This document shows, piece by piece, positions 1 through 10,742 of a DNA stretch of 64,000 bases. The number at the start of each line of letters is the position of its first letter. Position 1 is the stretch's first letter. The position numbers and the translations under genes were made by a program. The notes under the pieces are model-generated. The model searched no databases, was not told the origin of the DNA, and was given only the letters and a program-made list of their open reading frames with translations. Source of the stretch: Octopus bimaculoides (Eukaryota); the NCBI RefSeq assembly GCF_001194135.2, contig NC_068982.1, forward strand, positions 190,862,834 through 190,926,833, written 5' to 3'.

Positions 1-760
1 GAAGGTTAACATGCGCAGGACCTGCCCATGAGTAGAACACCACTGGGCCAGATCTCTGAAGAAGTGTCTCCTGTTTTATCTTTGTTTGTCTATCCATCTG
101 TCTGTTTATTCATCTTTGTCTGTCTACCTCTACACACACAAATACACACACACTCATATGTAGCCCCAAGTATGTGTGAATGCTCTTTTCACAATGCCTC
201 ATTAACACTATTTCAACATAACCAGGATGTTACCATGATATTCCTCCAAGAATTTTGTTTAAGCCTCCAGAATTTCTGGGAAATTATATTTTTTCTCCTG
301 TTGTTGTTGTTGTAGTAGTGGTGGTGGTGGTGGTAGTGGTGGTGGCAGTAGCAGCGGTGGTATCTAGGTGCCAAACCTAAAATATGTTCAGTGACCCCGA
401 CTATATTAAAACAGAACTGTAAAATTCCAAAGACTAGAAGAAGCCTTTAGACATCCTGGTTCCACTATAAATAGAAGAGAAGCCATCTAAATTAGTACTT
501 TGGTACATTTAAGAGACCTACATAATGTCAGTTTCATTATTTGGTTTTTTTAGTGAATGTTCCGGATACTTGCATCTAACTTTGTATTAGCACTCTTTGA
601 ACTTTCATTGTAATTGTTTGTTTAGAATTGGCAAGGAAGTTCAGATGAACTAAAAATATCTCCAATGTAACCAAAGCAAAAAATATTTTGTTTGGAAAAT
701 ACCTTACAAAGTAGAATCAGTCTTTCGAAAAAAACAAAAACCATTCTGCAGAATATTGTT

Positions 761-1143
761 GCATGGCAAGAAGTTTGCTTCCCAACCACATTGTTCCAGG
801 TTCAGTCCCACTACCTTTCACCTTGGCCAAGTGTCTTCTTCTGTAGCTTTGAGCCAACCAAAGGCTTCTGAGTAGATGTGGTAGATGGAAACTGAAAGAA
901 GCCCATTGTGTGTGTGTCTTTGTGCCTGTGTTTGTCTTCTACCACTGCTTGACAACCAGTGTTGGTTTGTTTCCATCCCCATAACCTAGCAGTTTGGCAA
1001 AGGAGACCAATAACATAAGTACCTGACTCAAAAAATCAAAAAAAAATAAAACCTGAGGTCAGTTTTTTTTAGCCAAAAACTCTTCAAGGTGGTGCTCCAG
1101 CACGGCCACCGTCTCACGACTGAAACGAGTAAACGATCAAAAG
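761..1143 (+). mobile_element. tRNA-derived SINE, family A, near full length
   Basis: Head AAGAAGTTTGCTTCCCAACCAC..GGTTCAGTCCC (B-box-like), body CCTTGGCCAAGTGTCTTCT..GGAAACTGAAAGAAGCCC, TG linker, tail GGTGCTCCAGCACGGCC..TGAAAC. Partial copies also at about 1341-1480(+), 6858-7075(-), 7085-7275(-), 7763-7915(-), 24765-25040(-), 27970-28300(-), 35188-35380(-), 39355-39490(-), 44655-44806(-). Confidence 0.85.
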
Positions 1144-1499
1144 AATATTGATCTTTGTCTTTGAATTTCCTTGTCTCTGTTTCTGCTTCCATTCTTGCTT
1201 TCTGCTTCTGCTGTCCGTAAATTCTTCTCAGTTGATCGATTCCCTACCATTTCGTCAATCTTTGGCTAATGACTTGGTGTCTGGGTAGATTAGTTTCTCA
1301 TTTAGAATTTCTTGTTTCAATTGTTCTTCCTCCTAGCTTTAAGTGTGGCTGTGTGGTGAAGAAGTTTTGCTTCCAAACCATATGGTTCTGGGTTCAGTCC
1401 CCCTACATTGCATCTTGGGCAAATGTTGTCTACTGTAGCCTTGGGTTGGATTTGGTAGGCAAAAGTTGAAAGAAAACTACTACATATATGTGTTTATAT

Positions 1500-1895
1500 A
1501 TCATCCTCATCATCATTTAGCATCCGCTTTCCATGCTGGCATGGGTTGGACGGTTTGACTGAGGACTGGTGAGCCAGAGGCTGCACCAGGCTCCAATCTG
1601 ATCTGGCAAAGTTTCTACAGCTGGATGCCCTTCCTAACACCAACCACTCCAAGAGTGTAGTGGGTGCTTTTACGTGCCACCAGCACAAGGGCCAGTCAGG
1701 CAGTTCTGGCAACTACTACGCTCAAAATGTGTTTTTTACATGCTACCTGCACGGGAGCCAGTCCGGCGGCATTGGCAACGACCACGCTCAAATGTTGTTT
1801 TTCACGTGCCACCAACACATGTGCCGGTAAGACGACGCTCGCAACGATCACGCTCGAATGGTGCTTTTCACGTGTCATCGGCACGGGACCCAATC
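1500..1895 (-). mobile_element. RTE LINE 3' UTR fragment with (GAT)n tail
   Basis: Reverse complement of the tail seen after the RT ORF at 61829-62560 (AGGAAGGGCATCCAGCTGTAGAAAC..CCAACCCATGCCAGCATGGAAAGCGGA..GATGATG). Confidence 0.85.
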
Positions 1896-1984
1896 TGTGG
1901 CATATACACATACACACACACGCACACACACACACACGTACACACACATATATACATATACATGTGTGTGTGTGTGAATATATA

Positions 1985-2520
1985 TGGCCCATTGGTTAGG
2001 GTGTTGTGCTCACAATATAGTGATCATGAGTTTGATTCCTGGACCAAGCTGTGTTTAGTGTTCTTGAGCAAAACATTTCATTTCATGTTGGCCCAGTCCG
2101 CTCAGCTGTAAATGGGTATCCCTGCAATGGACTAGCACTGAAGTCGGTGGCAAATGTTGGCTTGCTCACCCAGCCAGTGGGGTCACATCATTAGAGAGCT
2201 AGAACAATGCAAAGTGCATTGTGACCAGTGATGCCTAACAACATCCGATAGTCTGGTCGATCACGTGATCACATGGTATGTGGTGGGAGAGGTGTAGTGT
2301 GTGTGTGTGTATGTCCCCTTGCCTTGACATCATGTGATGGTGTAAATGAGCATGACCATCATACAAGTGATGTTTTCTTCCAGTCTTCCATGAAAAATGT
2401 CTGGGCTTTAAGGGATGTGGGGGTTGGTGACAGGAAGAGCATCCAACCGTAGAAAATCTGTCTTCACATATTCCATTTGTCATCATGGAAAAGTGGACAT
2501 TGATGATGATGACGATGATA
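1985..2520 (+). mobile_element. tRNA-derived SINE family C (second head type) ending in an RTE-like (GAT)n tail
   Basis: Head TGGTTAGGGTGTTG..GAGTTTGATTCC, central TGTTCTTGAGCAAAACATTTCATTTCATGTTG..CAGTCCGCTCAGCTG, 3' CATGGAAAAGTGGACATT-GATGATG. Related copies at about 16775-16885 and 40275-40530. Confidence 0.7.
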
Positions 2521-3074
2521 AGGATATTCTTATCAGTAAAATCCATTCCTTACACTTCCTCAATCTCCTTGTAATGACTTAATGTCTGCTGGGGATTATT
2601 TGTTCATTTAGAATTTCAGTTTTCAAGTTTTTCCTCCTCGAAGTCGAAAGCTGGAATTTATCATTTATTACCAGAGTCTCTAAACTTTTTTTTCTTTTTT
2701 CCTTTGCAACTTTCTCTGTTGATCTGTTAAAACACTTCTACCATAATAAGCACCACACGTCATCTTTCACAACTGTTTCACATCATTATTAGAATTGTTA
2801 AAGGTTTAATGATTGAGTGGAGAAGGAACCAGGCTCTTGTCTCATAGTAACAGGTTCATATTTCACTAGCGACACTGGAGATTGTCCCCAACCAAAGAAC
2901 TTAACCCTGCCTGCTTAAGGTTCAATGCCTAATTAATTTTGACCATTATTCAACGCCATCCTAATATATTTTCATTGTTGCTTTATATTCACACTTTATT
3001 TTTGCGTTACCAATAAATGTTGTGTCATCTAAAAAAAAGAAAAGAAAAAATTCAAGCACCCCGAATATCTTCTA

Positions 3075-3482
3075 GTCTTTTACTTGTTTCAGTCACGAGA
3101 CTGTGGCCATGCCGGAGTGCTACTTTGAAGAATGTTTAGTTAAATGATTTAACCCCTGTACTTATTTTTACCTTTTTTAAGCCTGATACTTATTCTGTCA
3201 GTATTTTGCTGAGCCACTGAGTTATGGGGTCGTAAACACATCAACAGTCATTGTCAAGTGGTGGTGGTGGTGGTGGTGGTAGTGGTGGTGGTGGTGGTGA
3301 TGATGGTGGTGGTGGGGGTGGAAATCACACACAGGCTTCTTTTCAATTTCCATCAAATCCACTCACAAAGCTTTGATTGGCCTGAGGCTGTAGTAAAAAA
3401 GACACCTGCTCAAGGTGTCATGCAGTGGGGCTTATCCCAGAACTATTTGGTTGGGAATCAAACTTCTAACCACACAGCCCCT
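3075..3482 (-). mobile_element. SINE family A, near full length
   Basis: Reverse complement of family A tail (TTTTACTTGTTTCAGTC) through head (AACCACACAGCC). Confidence 0.8.
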
Positions 3483-3697
3483 CCTCCTCCTGTGAAAAAT
3501 GGTTTTGAAAATTTACTCCATTTCAAATTTCAGACTTTCTGCAAATCCTGACAATCCTGGCTGTTTGAGAATATGTAGCCTCGTTTCACAAGTCTTATCA
3601 TTTCTAGCTGAAACACTTCAGATACTGATTGACTCGGAAATCTCGTTAACAACACTGATGCTATTGTTTCACTTAGGTTCTTTTCCTGCATCCTTAC

Positions 3698-3778
3698 TGA
3701 ATATGTCTTCTTTCACAATCACAGCCTCTTGCTCTTTATCACTGTGATATCCTGCTTTCCCCCCCATTTTCTCACTGT
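3698..3778 (-). CDS. candidate 81-nt coding exon (phase 1-1), SEKMGGKAGYHSDKEQEAVIVKEDIF
   Basis: CTGTAG acceptor, GTAAGG donor, open frame, phase matches 4130-4183. No protein family recognised; abuts a possible CR1-like relic. Confidence 0.25.
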
Positions 3779-4129
3779 CTACAGCTCGTATTTAAGAAAA
3801 CAAACCCAAAAACTGCTTTATTTATCTGTATTAACAAGTTGCAGTTTCAAACCAAATCTTTCTGCTTATTATAATTACCAAGTTTCTAGTGTTCCCACTC
3901 AATTTATTTTATCTTGTAATCCAAAATTATTTCTAGTTATTTTATCTGAAAGTTATGTGAAAAGATATTTGGGGTTATTTTTATAGTTTAATCCTAACCA
4001 TTGCATTTTTATTTATTTGTTTATTATTGATTCAGAAAAATAAAACACTAAATAAAATAAAATAAAATATAATATGTTGACCATAGAGAATTCAGCAGAT
4101 GGAATAAATCCAAAAATGTGAGCAATTAC

Positions 4130-4183
4130 TGTCACAGACGTTCTTCTGTTCGGAGTCTGGTAGACTTTCAGATAAGATTGAAA
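4130..4183 (-). CDS. candidate 54-nt coding exon (phase 1-1), SILSESLPDSEQKNVCD
   Basis: Strong acceptor TTGTTTTCTTGTTTTTTTTCACAG, donor GTAATT, open frame. Confidence 0.3.
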
Positions 4184-4814
4184 CTGTGAAAAAAAACAAG
4201 AAAACAATGATAATAATAAAAGTATGTGTTTCTATAATAAAATCATGTGTATAGAATGAAGTGCTCCATGGTGTAGCTCTTAAATGAAACTCATGGAGCA
4301 ATTAAGCAAGGAAGGACAGTTTCAAGGATGGAATTCTTCTGCTGTTATTAGAATGAGGTCATTGTATGATGACTGCTATTTCGTTATTTCTCTTAATGTT
4401 CTGAGTTGAAATTTTAGAGGTGGGCATGGGTTCCTTGCTGCTCAATAGCAATCATCATCATTTAACAAAGGCATTCCATGCTGGCATGGATTGGATGCTT
4501 TGATAGAAACTGGCAAGCCATGAGACTGTATCAAGCTTTAATGTCTGCTTTGACTTGGTTTCCAAAGCTGGATGCCCTTCCTAACACCAACCACTTTACA
4601 GAGGGTGCTGGGTGTTTTTTTGTCACCGTCAAGCTCACCAAGTACCTTGCAAGAGAAGACCTTAATTGAGTGAGGAGGGATGTAGCTTCATGCGAGGGGA
4701 TGAGAAGTTAGAATATGATAGAGAGACAGAAACTGATGTCTTGTAATAAAGGAGATACGTGGCTACCTCAGTTAAGAAAAAAAAAAAAAGAGTGGGAGAG
4801 GAAAGCAGTCCATA

Positions 4815-5050
4815 TATCATCATCGTTTAATGTCCGCTTTCCATGCTGGCATGGGTTGGACGGTTTGACTGAGGACTGGCAAGCCAGGAGGCTGCACCAG
4901 GCTCCAATCTGATTTGGCAGAGTTTCGACGGCTGGATGCCCTTCCTAACGCCAACCACTCCTAGAGTATAGTGGGTGCTTTTACATGCCACCAGCGCGTT
5001 GGCCAGTCCGGCAGTATTGGCAACAACCACGCTCAAATGGTGTTTTTTAT
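4815..5050 (-). mobile_element. RTE LINE 3' UTR fragment
   Basis: Same tail family. Further short copies at about 4457-4660, 13530-13675, 30340-30530, 37040-37180, 39545-39770, 42190-42380 (all -) and 36340-36570, 38775-38920, 40590-40850 (+). Confidence 0.85.
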
Positions 5051-5771
5051 GTGTCATATATATATATATATATATGGTATACAATGAATCCCTGTCACTC
5101 ACTGTCAAACAATCCAACTCATGCCAACATGGAAAATCAGAGAACAGACATTAAATGATGATGATGGTGATGTATAAAACATAAAGGAATTGGGATTTGA
5201 AATTCAGGCAGGTATCTTATGAGCACTCTGATATAATCCAGATCTGGCTAACCACATTTAATGTCAGGGAGCATTCAGAACCATTTAAGATAAACAGTTA
5301 AATGGGATTTCATTTGACAGGTGAACCTAGAGTTCACTTCATTACATCTCATGCAGAATATATAATTAAGACATCATAACGAAGAATGGAGAATCATACC
5401 GTTTCAGAATTTTGTTTATTAAACTATTCTCTTCATAAAGCCTATGCTAATTCTCAACTCAACTTGTTCAAGGTAATGTTGTTGTTGTCGTTGTTGCCAT
5501 TCACATTACTTAATCTACCTTTTGCTCAGAAAAATATCAAAGTTTCCCCAAATTCATCTGGAGGATTCTATTTAAATCTCCAAAGTTCCTTTACCAATTC
5601 TCTTCACTGACAATAACAAATATTTGGAGCAAGATCCTCTTCTCCCTTATCCTACCATTGGCGCTATCTTCTCTCTCTCTTTAACTCAATTAACATTTTT
5701 GGCAGTCTTTCATCTCACAGATTTCCTCTATTTCTTCGTGGTTCCATATCTGTTCTTTCAACGACACTCAC

Positions 5772-5931
5772 CATCATCCAAATTATTTTTCCTCTTACAT
5801 TCTGTGGTGGTTCTTTTATTCCCCTTTTCCATTATTGGTGCTTTGAACAACAAATAGTTTAAAGATGAATAAATTTCTGTTCTGGAGATCTTCGAAATTC
5901 TATCAACTTCTTTTGCAAGTCTCTTCTTCAG
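5772..5931 (-). CDS. candidate 160-nt coding exon (phase 0-1), LKKRLAKEVDRISKISRTEIYSSLNYLLFKAPIMEKGNKRTTTECKRKNNLDD
   Basis: Acceptor TTTCTTTTTATTCTTATCATTTTTTAAAATTTTCAG, donor G/GTGAGT; only one frame is open. Could instead be a LINE relic. Confidence 0.35.
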
Positions 5932-6039
5932 CTGAAAATTTTAAAAAATGATAAGAATAAAAAGAAATGTCTACATTCTGTTCATTGCACTTCTTACTGC
6001 GATTCCAAACTCCTCTTCACTCTGCTTATATCCTAAGAT

Positions 6040-6562
6040 GCTACTACTACTACTACTACATGTACTACTACCACCACCACCACTACTACTGCTGTTACTA
6101 ATACCCCTACTACCACTACTACTAACCACCATCACTACTACTACTATTACTATCACCACCACCATCACTACTATTACTACTACAACCACCACCACCATCA
6201 TTACTACTACTACCACCATCACTACTACCACCACCACCATCACTACTACTACTATTACTACTACAACCACCACCACCATCACTACTACTACTACCACCAT
6301 TACTACTACTTCTATCACCACCACCATCACTACTACCACCACTACTACTACTACTGCCACCAACACTTACTACTACAACCACTGCCACCATCACTGCTAC
6401 TACTACTACCACCACCACCACTACTACTACCATTACTACTACAACCGCTGCCACCACCACTACTACTACAACCACCACCATCACTACTACTACTATTACT
6501 ACTACCATTACTACTACAACCGCTGCCACCATCACTGCTGCTGCTGCTACTACTACTACTAC
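6040..6562. repeat. compound trinucleotide microsatellite (ACT/ACC/CAT/ATT)n
   Basis: About 520 bp of interleaved triplets; it explains the Thr/His/Tyr/Val/Ser ORFs at 5948-6620. Confidence 0.95.
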
Positions 6563-7279
6563 AGCACTGTTCTGTTTTTTTGTGGTAAATCTCATTAATT
6601 TCCCAGGCTCTTCTATTCATTCCGTTCTCTCGTTAATTTGTTCAACATGTTTCCTTCCTTTCCTTTAACAATGCCAAACCCCAGATAAACAGTGAGAAAA
6701 TCGCTGCAGTTTTTCTCACTCTTCTTTCTCTTCTTCTTCTTGTTAATGTCATTTCACATTTTACGTCTCTTTCTCTCTTTTCTTTTACTTTCTTTCTCTT
6801 TACTACATTTATTTACCGGATTATAAAAGTGTACGTTATTATATTTCACCTTTTATTTGTTTTACTCGTTAGACTGTGGCCATGCTGGGGCACCACCTTG
6901 AATCTTTAGTCAAATGAACTGACCCCCCCCCCCTCCATGCATTTTTTTTTAAAGCCTGGTACTTGTTCTTTCGGTCTCTTAACTGCTAAGTTACGAGGAT
7001 ATAAATGAACCAACACTGGTTATCAAACAGTAGGGTAGGGGGTCAAACACAGACTCAAAGACACACACATATATATTCATTTTTTTTTTCTGCTTGTTTC
7101 AGTCTTTTGACTGCAGCCATACTGGAGCACCACCTTTAGTCGAACAAATCAACCCCAGGACTTATTCTTTGTAAGGCGAGTACTTATTCTAAGTTGCAGG
7201 GATGTAAACACACCAGCACCAGTGTCAAGCAATGGTGGGGAGGAGGGACAAACAGACACACACAAACACATATATATAT

Positions 7280-7735
7280 ACTGCCTGATTGGCACCCGTG
7301 CTGGTGGCACGTAAAAAGCACCATTCAAGCATAGTCAATGCCAGTGCCGGCTGACTGGTCCCATGCTGGGGGTTTGTTAAAAGCCCCATTTGAGCGTGAT
7401 CGTTGCCAGAGTTGCTGACTGGCTCCTGTGCTGGTGGCATGTAAACTGCATCATTCAAGCGTGGTCGTTGCCAGTGCTGCCGGACTGGCTACTATGCAGG
7501 TGGCACGTAAAAAGCACCATTTCAGCCAGTACTGCCTGAGTTGCCCTCGTGCCAGTGGTACGTAAAAGCATCCACTACATTCTCAGAGTGGTTGGCGTTA
7601 GGAAGGGCATCCAGCTGTAAAAACACTGCCAGATCAGAATGGAGCCTGGTGAAGCCTTCTGGCTCGCCAGCCCTCAGTCAAACCGTCCAACCCATGCCAG
7701 CATGGAAGGCAGACATTAAAAGACAATGATGATAA
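7280..7735 (+). mobile_element. RTE LINE 3' UTR with 4-5 internal ~60-bp tandem units
   Basis: Repeated GTGCTGGTGGCACGTAAAA(A)GCACCATT..GCCAGTG..GACTGG units, then the common tail. Confidence 0.85.
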
Positions 7736-8632
7736 TACATATATATATATAGATATATATATGATGGGCTTCTTTCAGTTTCCATTTACCAAATCCACTC
7801 ACAAGACTTTGGGCAGTCCAAGGAGAAGACTCTTGCCCAAGGTGCCATGCATTGGGGCTGAACCTGGAGCCCTGTGGTTGGGACGCAAGCTTCTTACCAC
7901 ACAGCCATTCCTACACATGTTTGTCAGATTATTAAAGTGTTTGTGATTATATTTGGTGTATATTAAATTGTGGAACCACTTTTATTTGATGCCTCTCCAT
8001 TCATTCTCCCTCCAAATACTTCACAAGCCATTCCTATAGAATTCCTAACACTGTGTAATCTAACTGAATGTCATCTCCAAAGCCAACACATTCACAAGAG
8101 CCATAATGTCAGATTGCTAAATACCGTAGCCAACAACTGCAAAATAGTATTCAGATGGATGTTACTGTAACAGAAATGCGTTAACATGAGGAGCAAACAA
8201 TATAGAAGTTCTGTATTTATCGAAAGGTCTTTCATGTTTGTTTGTTTGTGTCTCTCTTTAATCTATAACCCTTGGATAACATTTCCCTAAAATTTACATG
8301 AATCGTAATAAACAATACAATGTTTTATTTACTGTGGATTGAATATAAAATGTAGATTATGGAAATGTTTTCATGTCATGCTTGGGTTGCTATGTGGCAA
8401 ACATTTCCTCATACTAGAAAGAAAATCCACTTGCTGACAATTTTTTTGGCTCTTTGAATGAATGTTTAGGTTTTTAGAAGGAACAGGAAATTATATACGG
8501 AATGGTGTTGGGGCATATTTATTGTAAAAACACTCAGCAGAATTTCCTTTCATTTAAGGCTTCCTGAAAGATTCATTGGTTCAGTAAATAGGAATTTATT
8601 ATTACCATAAAGGGGGATGTTCAATTTGTCTC

Positions 8633-9019
8633 TTTTATCTTTTACTTATTTCAGTCATTAGACAACGACCATGCTGGGGCACCACCTTGAAGAATTTTTA
8701 GTCAAAGGACTGGACCCCAGTACTTTTTATTTTATAAAACCTGGTACTTATTCTATCAGTCACTTTAGCCAACCTGCTAAGTCATGGGGATGTAAATACA
8801 CCAACAAGCAGTAGTCAAGCAGTAGAGGGGACAAACAAAAACCATACACACACACACATGCACAAATATATATGCAACAGACTTCTTTCAGTCTCCATCT
8901 ACCCAATCCACTGGCAAGGCTTTGGTCAGCCCAAGACTATTGTGTCACACAGTGGGGTTGAACCCAGAACCATGTAGTTGAGAAGCAAATGTCTTACTAC
9001 ACAGCCACGCCTGCGCCTA
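8633..9019 (-). mobile_element. SINE family A, full length
   Basis: Runs from tail TCTTTTATCTTTTACTTATTTCAGTC to head CACAGCCACGCCTGCGCCT. Confidence 0.85.
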
Positions 9020-9627
9020 TAATTAACAGAAAGGTGCTTATGATGATGATGATGATGATTCCATTAGTAATAGGGTTTGTACTTATTTGAGATTGAATGG
9101 AGTTTTACAGTTGATCAGTCCTTAATCATTAACCTTGACTGGTGAGATCTGAGAACATTGTTCATCAGTGACAGGAAAATGTTGACTAAAGAATGATACC
9201 AATGTTGTAATGTTGAGTGATGACAGATGTTAAAACACTGCTTATCCATGGTTTGCCAGTCCTCAGTCAAATCGTCCAACCCATGCCAGCATGGAAAGCA
9301 GATGTTAAATGATGATGATGATGATGATGATCTTCCTGCAAACTTTCCACAATCCTCTGATGTCATTCGAAAACCCTCTTGGACAACCATACTGAACCTA
9401 CAACCAACATTATTCTATTGAAATCCTGTTTCTGTATATCAGTGCTCTCTCATTATAAACAAGTCAAAAATATTGAGGAATATTTCACTGACTCAAACTT
9501 TCAATTCTCAGAACTATCAAAAAATATGTTTTTTTTTTTTTGAAAGGTGTTTGTTTACTGATTTGAACATAATCTCACACACATACATATGCACATATCT
9601 TACACATATACAATGTAACATATATTT

Positions 9628-10155
9628 ATACAGTAGAGGTAGATCCAGGAAGACATGGGATGTGATGGAGAAACATGATCTTCAAACTTTGGTCCTTGCA
9701 GAGGCTATGACTAGTGACCGAGACCTTTGGAGATTTGCTCTGCTTGAGAGGACCCATCAAGCCAAGTGAAATCATAGTCATGGCTGGTGCTGGTGTCACG
9801 TAACTGGCACGTAAAAAGCACCCTTTAAGCATTGGGCCTCACAGAGGCGAAGTGGCTGAGCTCATTTTGAGTATTGGGCGTCATGAAGGCAATGACCAAG
9901 ACCTTTGGCATTATGTCCCATCAAACCAAGTAAAATTGCAGTTGTGACAAATACTGGTGTCATGCAAATGGTACCCATGCCAGTGGCATGTAAAAGAACC
10001 CATTAGGGAGGGGTTGGCGTTAGGAAGAGCATCCAGCTGTAGAAACCATACCAAATCAGATTGGAGTCAGGTGCAACCTTCCAGCTTACCAGCCCTGGTC
10101 AAACCATCCAACCCATGCCAGCATGGACAATGGATGCTAAATGATGATGATGACA
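9628..10155 (+). mobile_element. 5'-truncated RTE LINE (RT C-terminus plus 3' UTR)
   Basis: SRGRSRKTWDVMEKHDLQTLVLAEAMTSDRDLWRFALLERTHQAK*, homologous to the 61829 ORF end, followed by UTR and (GAT)n. Confidence 0.9.
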
Positions 10156-10334
10156 GTGTAACAGCCAAACCTTCTCTCCCCACATCAGATTTTGCTAACT
10201 GAGAGGACAACTTCAGTTAAGAACTGAGATGGACTTTGATGATCCATCTGTTACCATTGAGGAAAGGACAATCTAAAATATCAATGAGGATTTGATTTTT
10301 TATGAACTTAAACAACAGGTGTCACTGCATAGAC

Positions 10335-10742
10335 CCAGGCATGGCTGTGTGATAAGAAGTTTGCTTCCCAACCACATGGCTCCAGGTTCAGTCCCACTGC
10401 ATGGCACGTTGGGAAAGTGTCCTCTATTATAATCTCAGGCTGATCAAAACCTTGTGAGTGGATTTAGGAGACAAACTGAAAGCAGCTCTTTGTATGTGTA
10501 TATATGTACATATATATATATATATATACATATGTCTGTGTTTGTCTCCCGCCTCTGCTTGACAACTGGTATTGGTGTGTTCATGTCGCCATAACTTAGT
10601 GGTTCAGCAAATGAGACTGATACAGTAAGTACCATGTTTTAAAAAGAAGAAGTTCTGGGGCCAATTCCTCTGACTAAAAATTCTTCACGGTCGTGTCCCA
10701 ACATGGCTGCAGTTTAGTGACAGAAACAAAGAAAAGACAAGA
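10335..10742 (+). mobile_element. SINE family A, full length
   Basis: GGCATGGCTGTGTGATAAGAAGTTTGCTTCCC head through GAAACAAAGAAAAGA tail. Confidence 0.85.

Noticed and set aside
761-830. tRNA-like heads as tRNA genes
   Set aside because: No complete cloverleaf; they are attached to SINE bodies and are highly diverged.
3540-3720. PDNPGCLRICS..LGSFPAS resembling CR1 RT
   Set aside because: Similarity is short and judged from memory; kept only as a caveat for the 3698-3778 exon candidate.
5948-6598. 216-aa Thr/His/Tyr-rich ORF resembling a mucin or signal-peptide protein
   Set aside because: It is almost entirely a triplet microsatellite that is open in several frames on both strands.
7286-7560. 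Regularly spaced repeats as a CRISPR-like array
   Set aside because: The spacers are homologous to each other and the block is part of an RTE 3' UTR in eukaryotic DNA.
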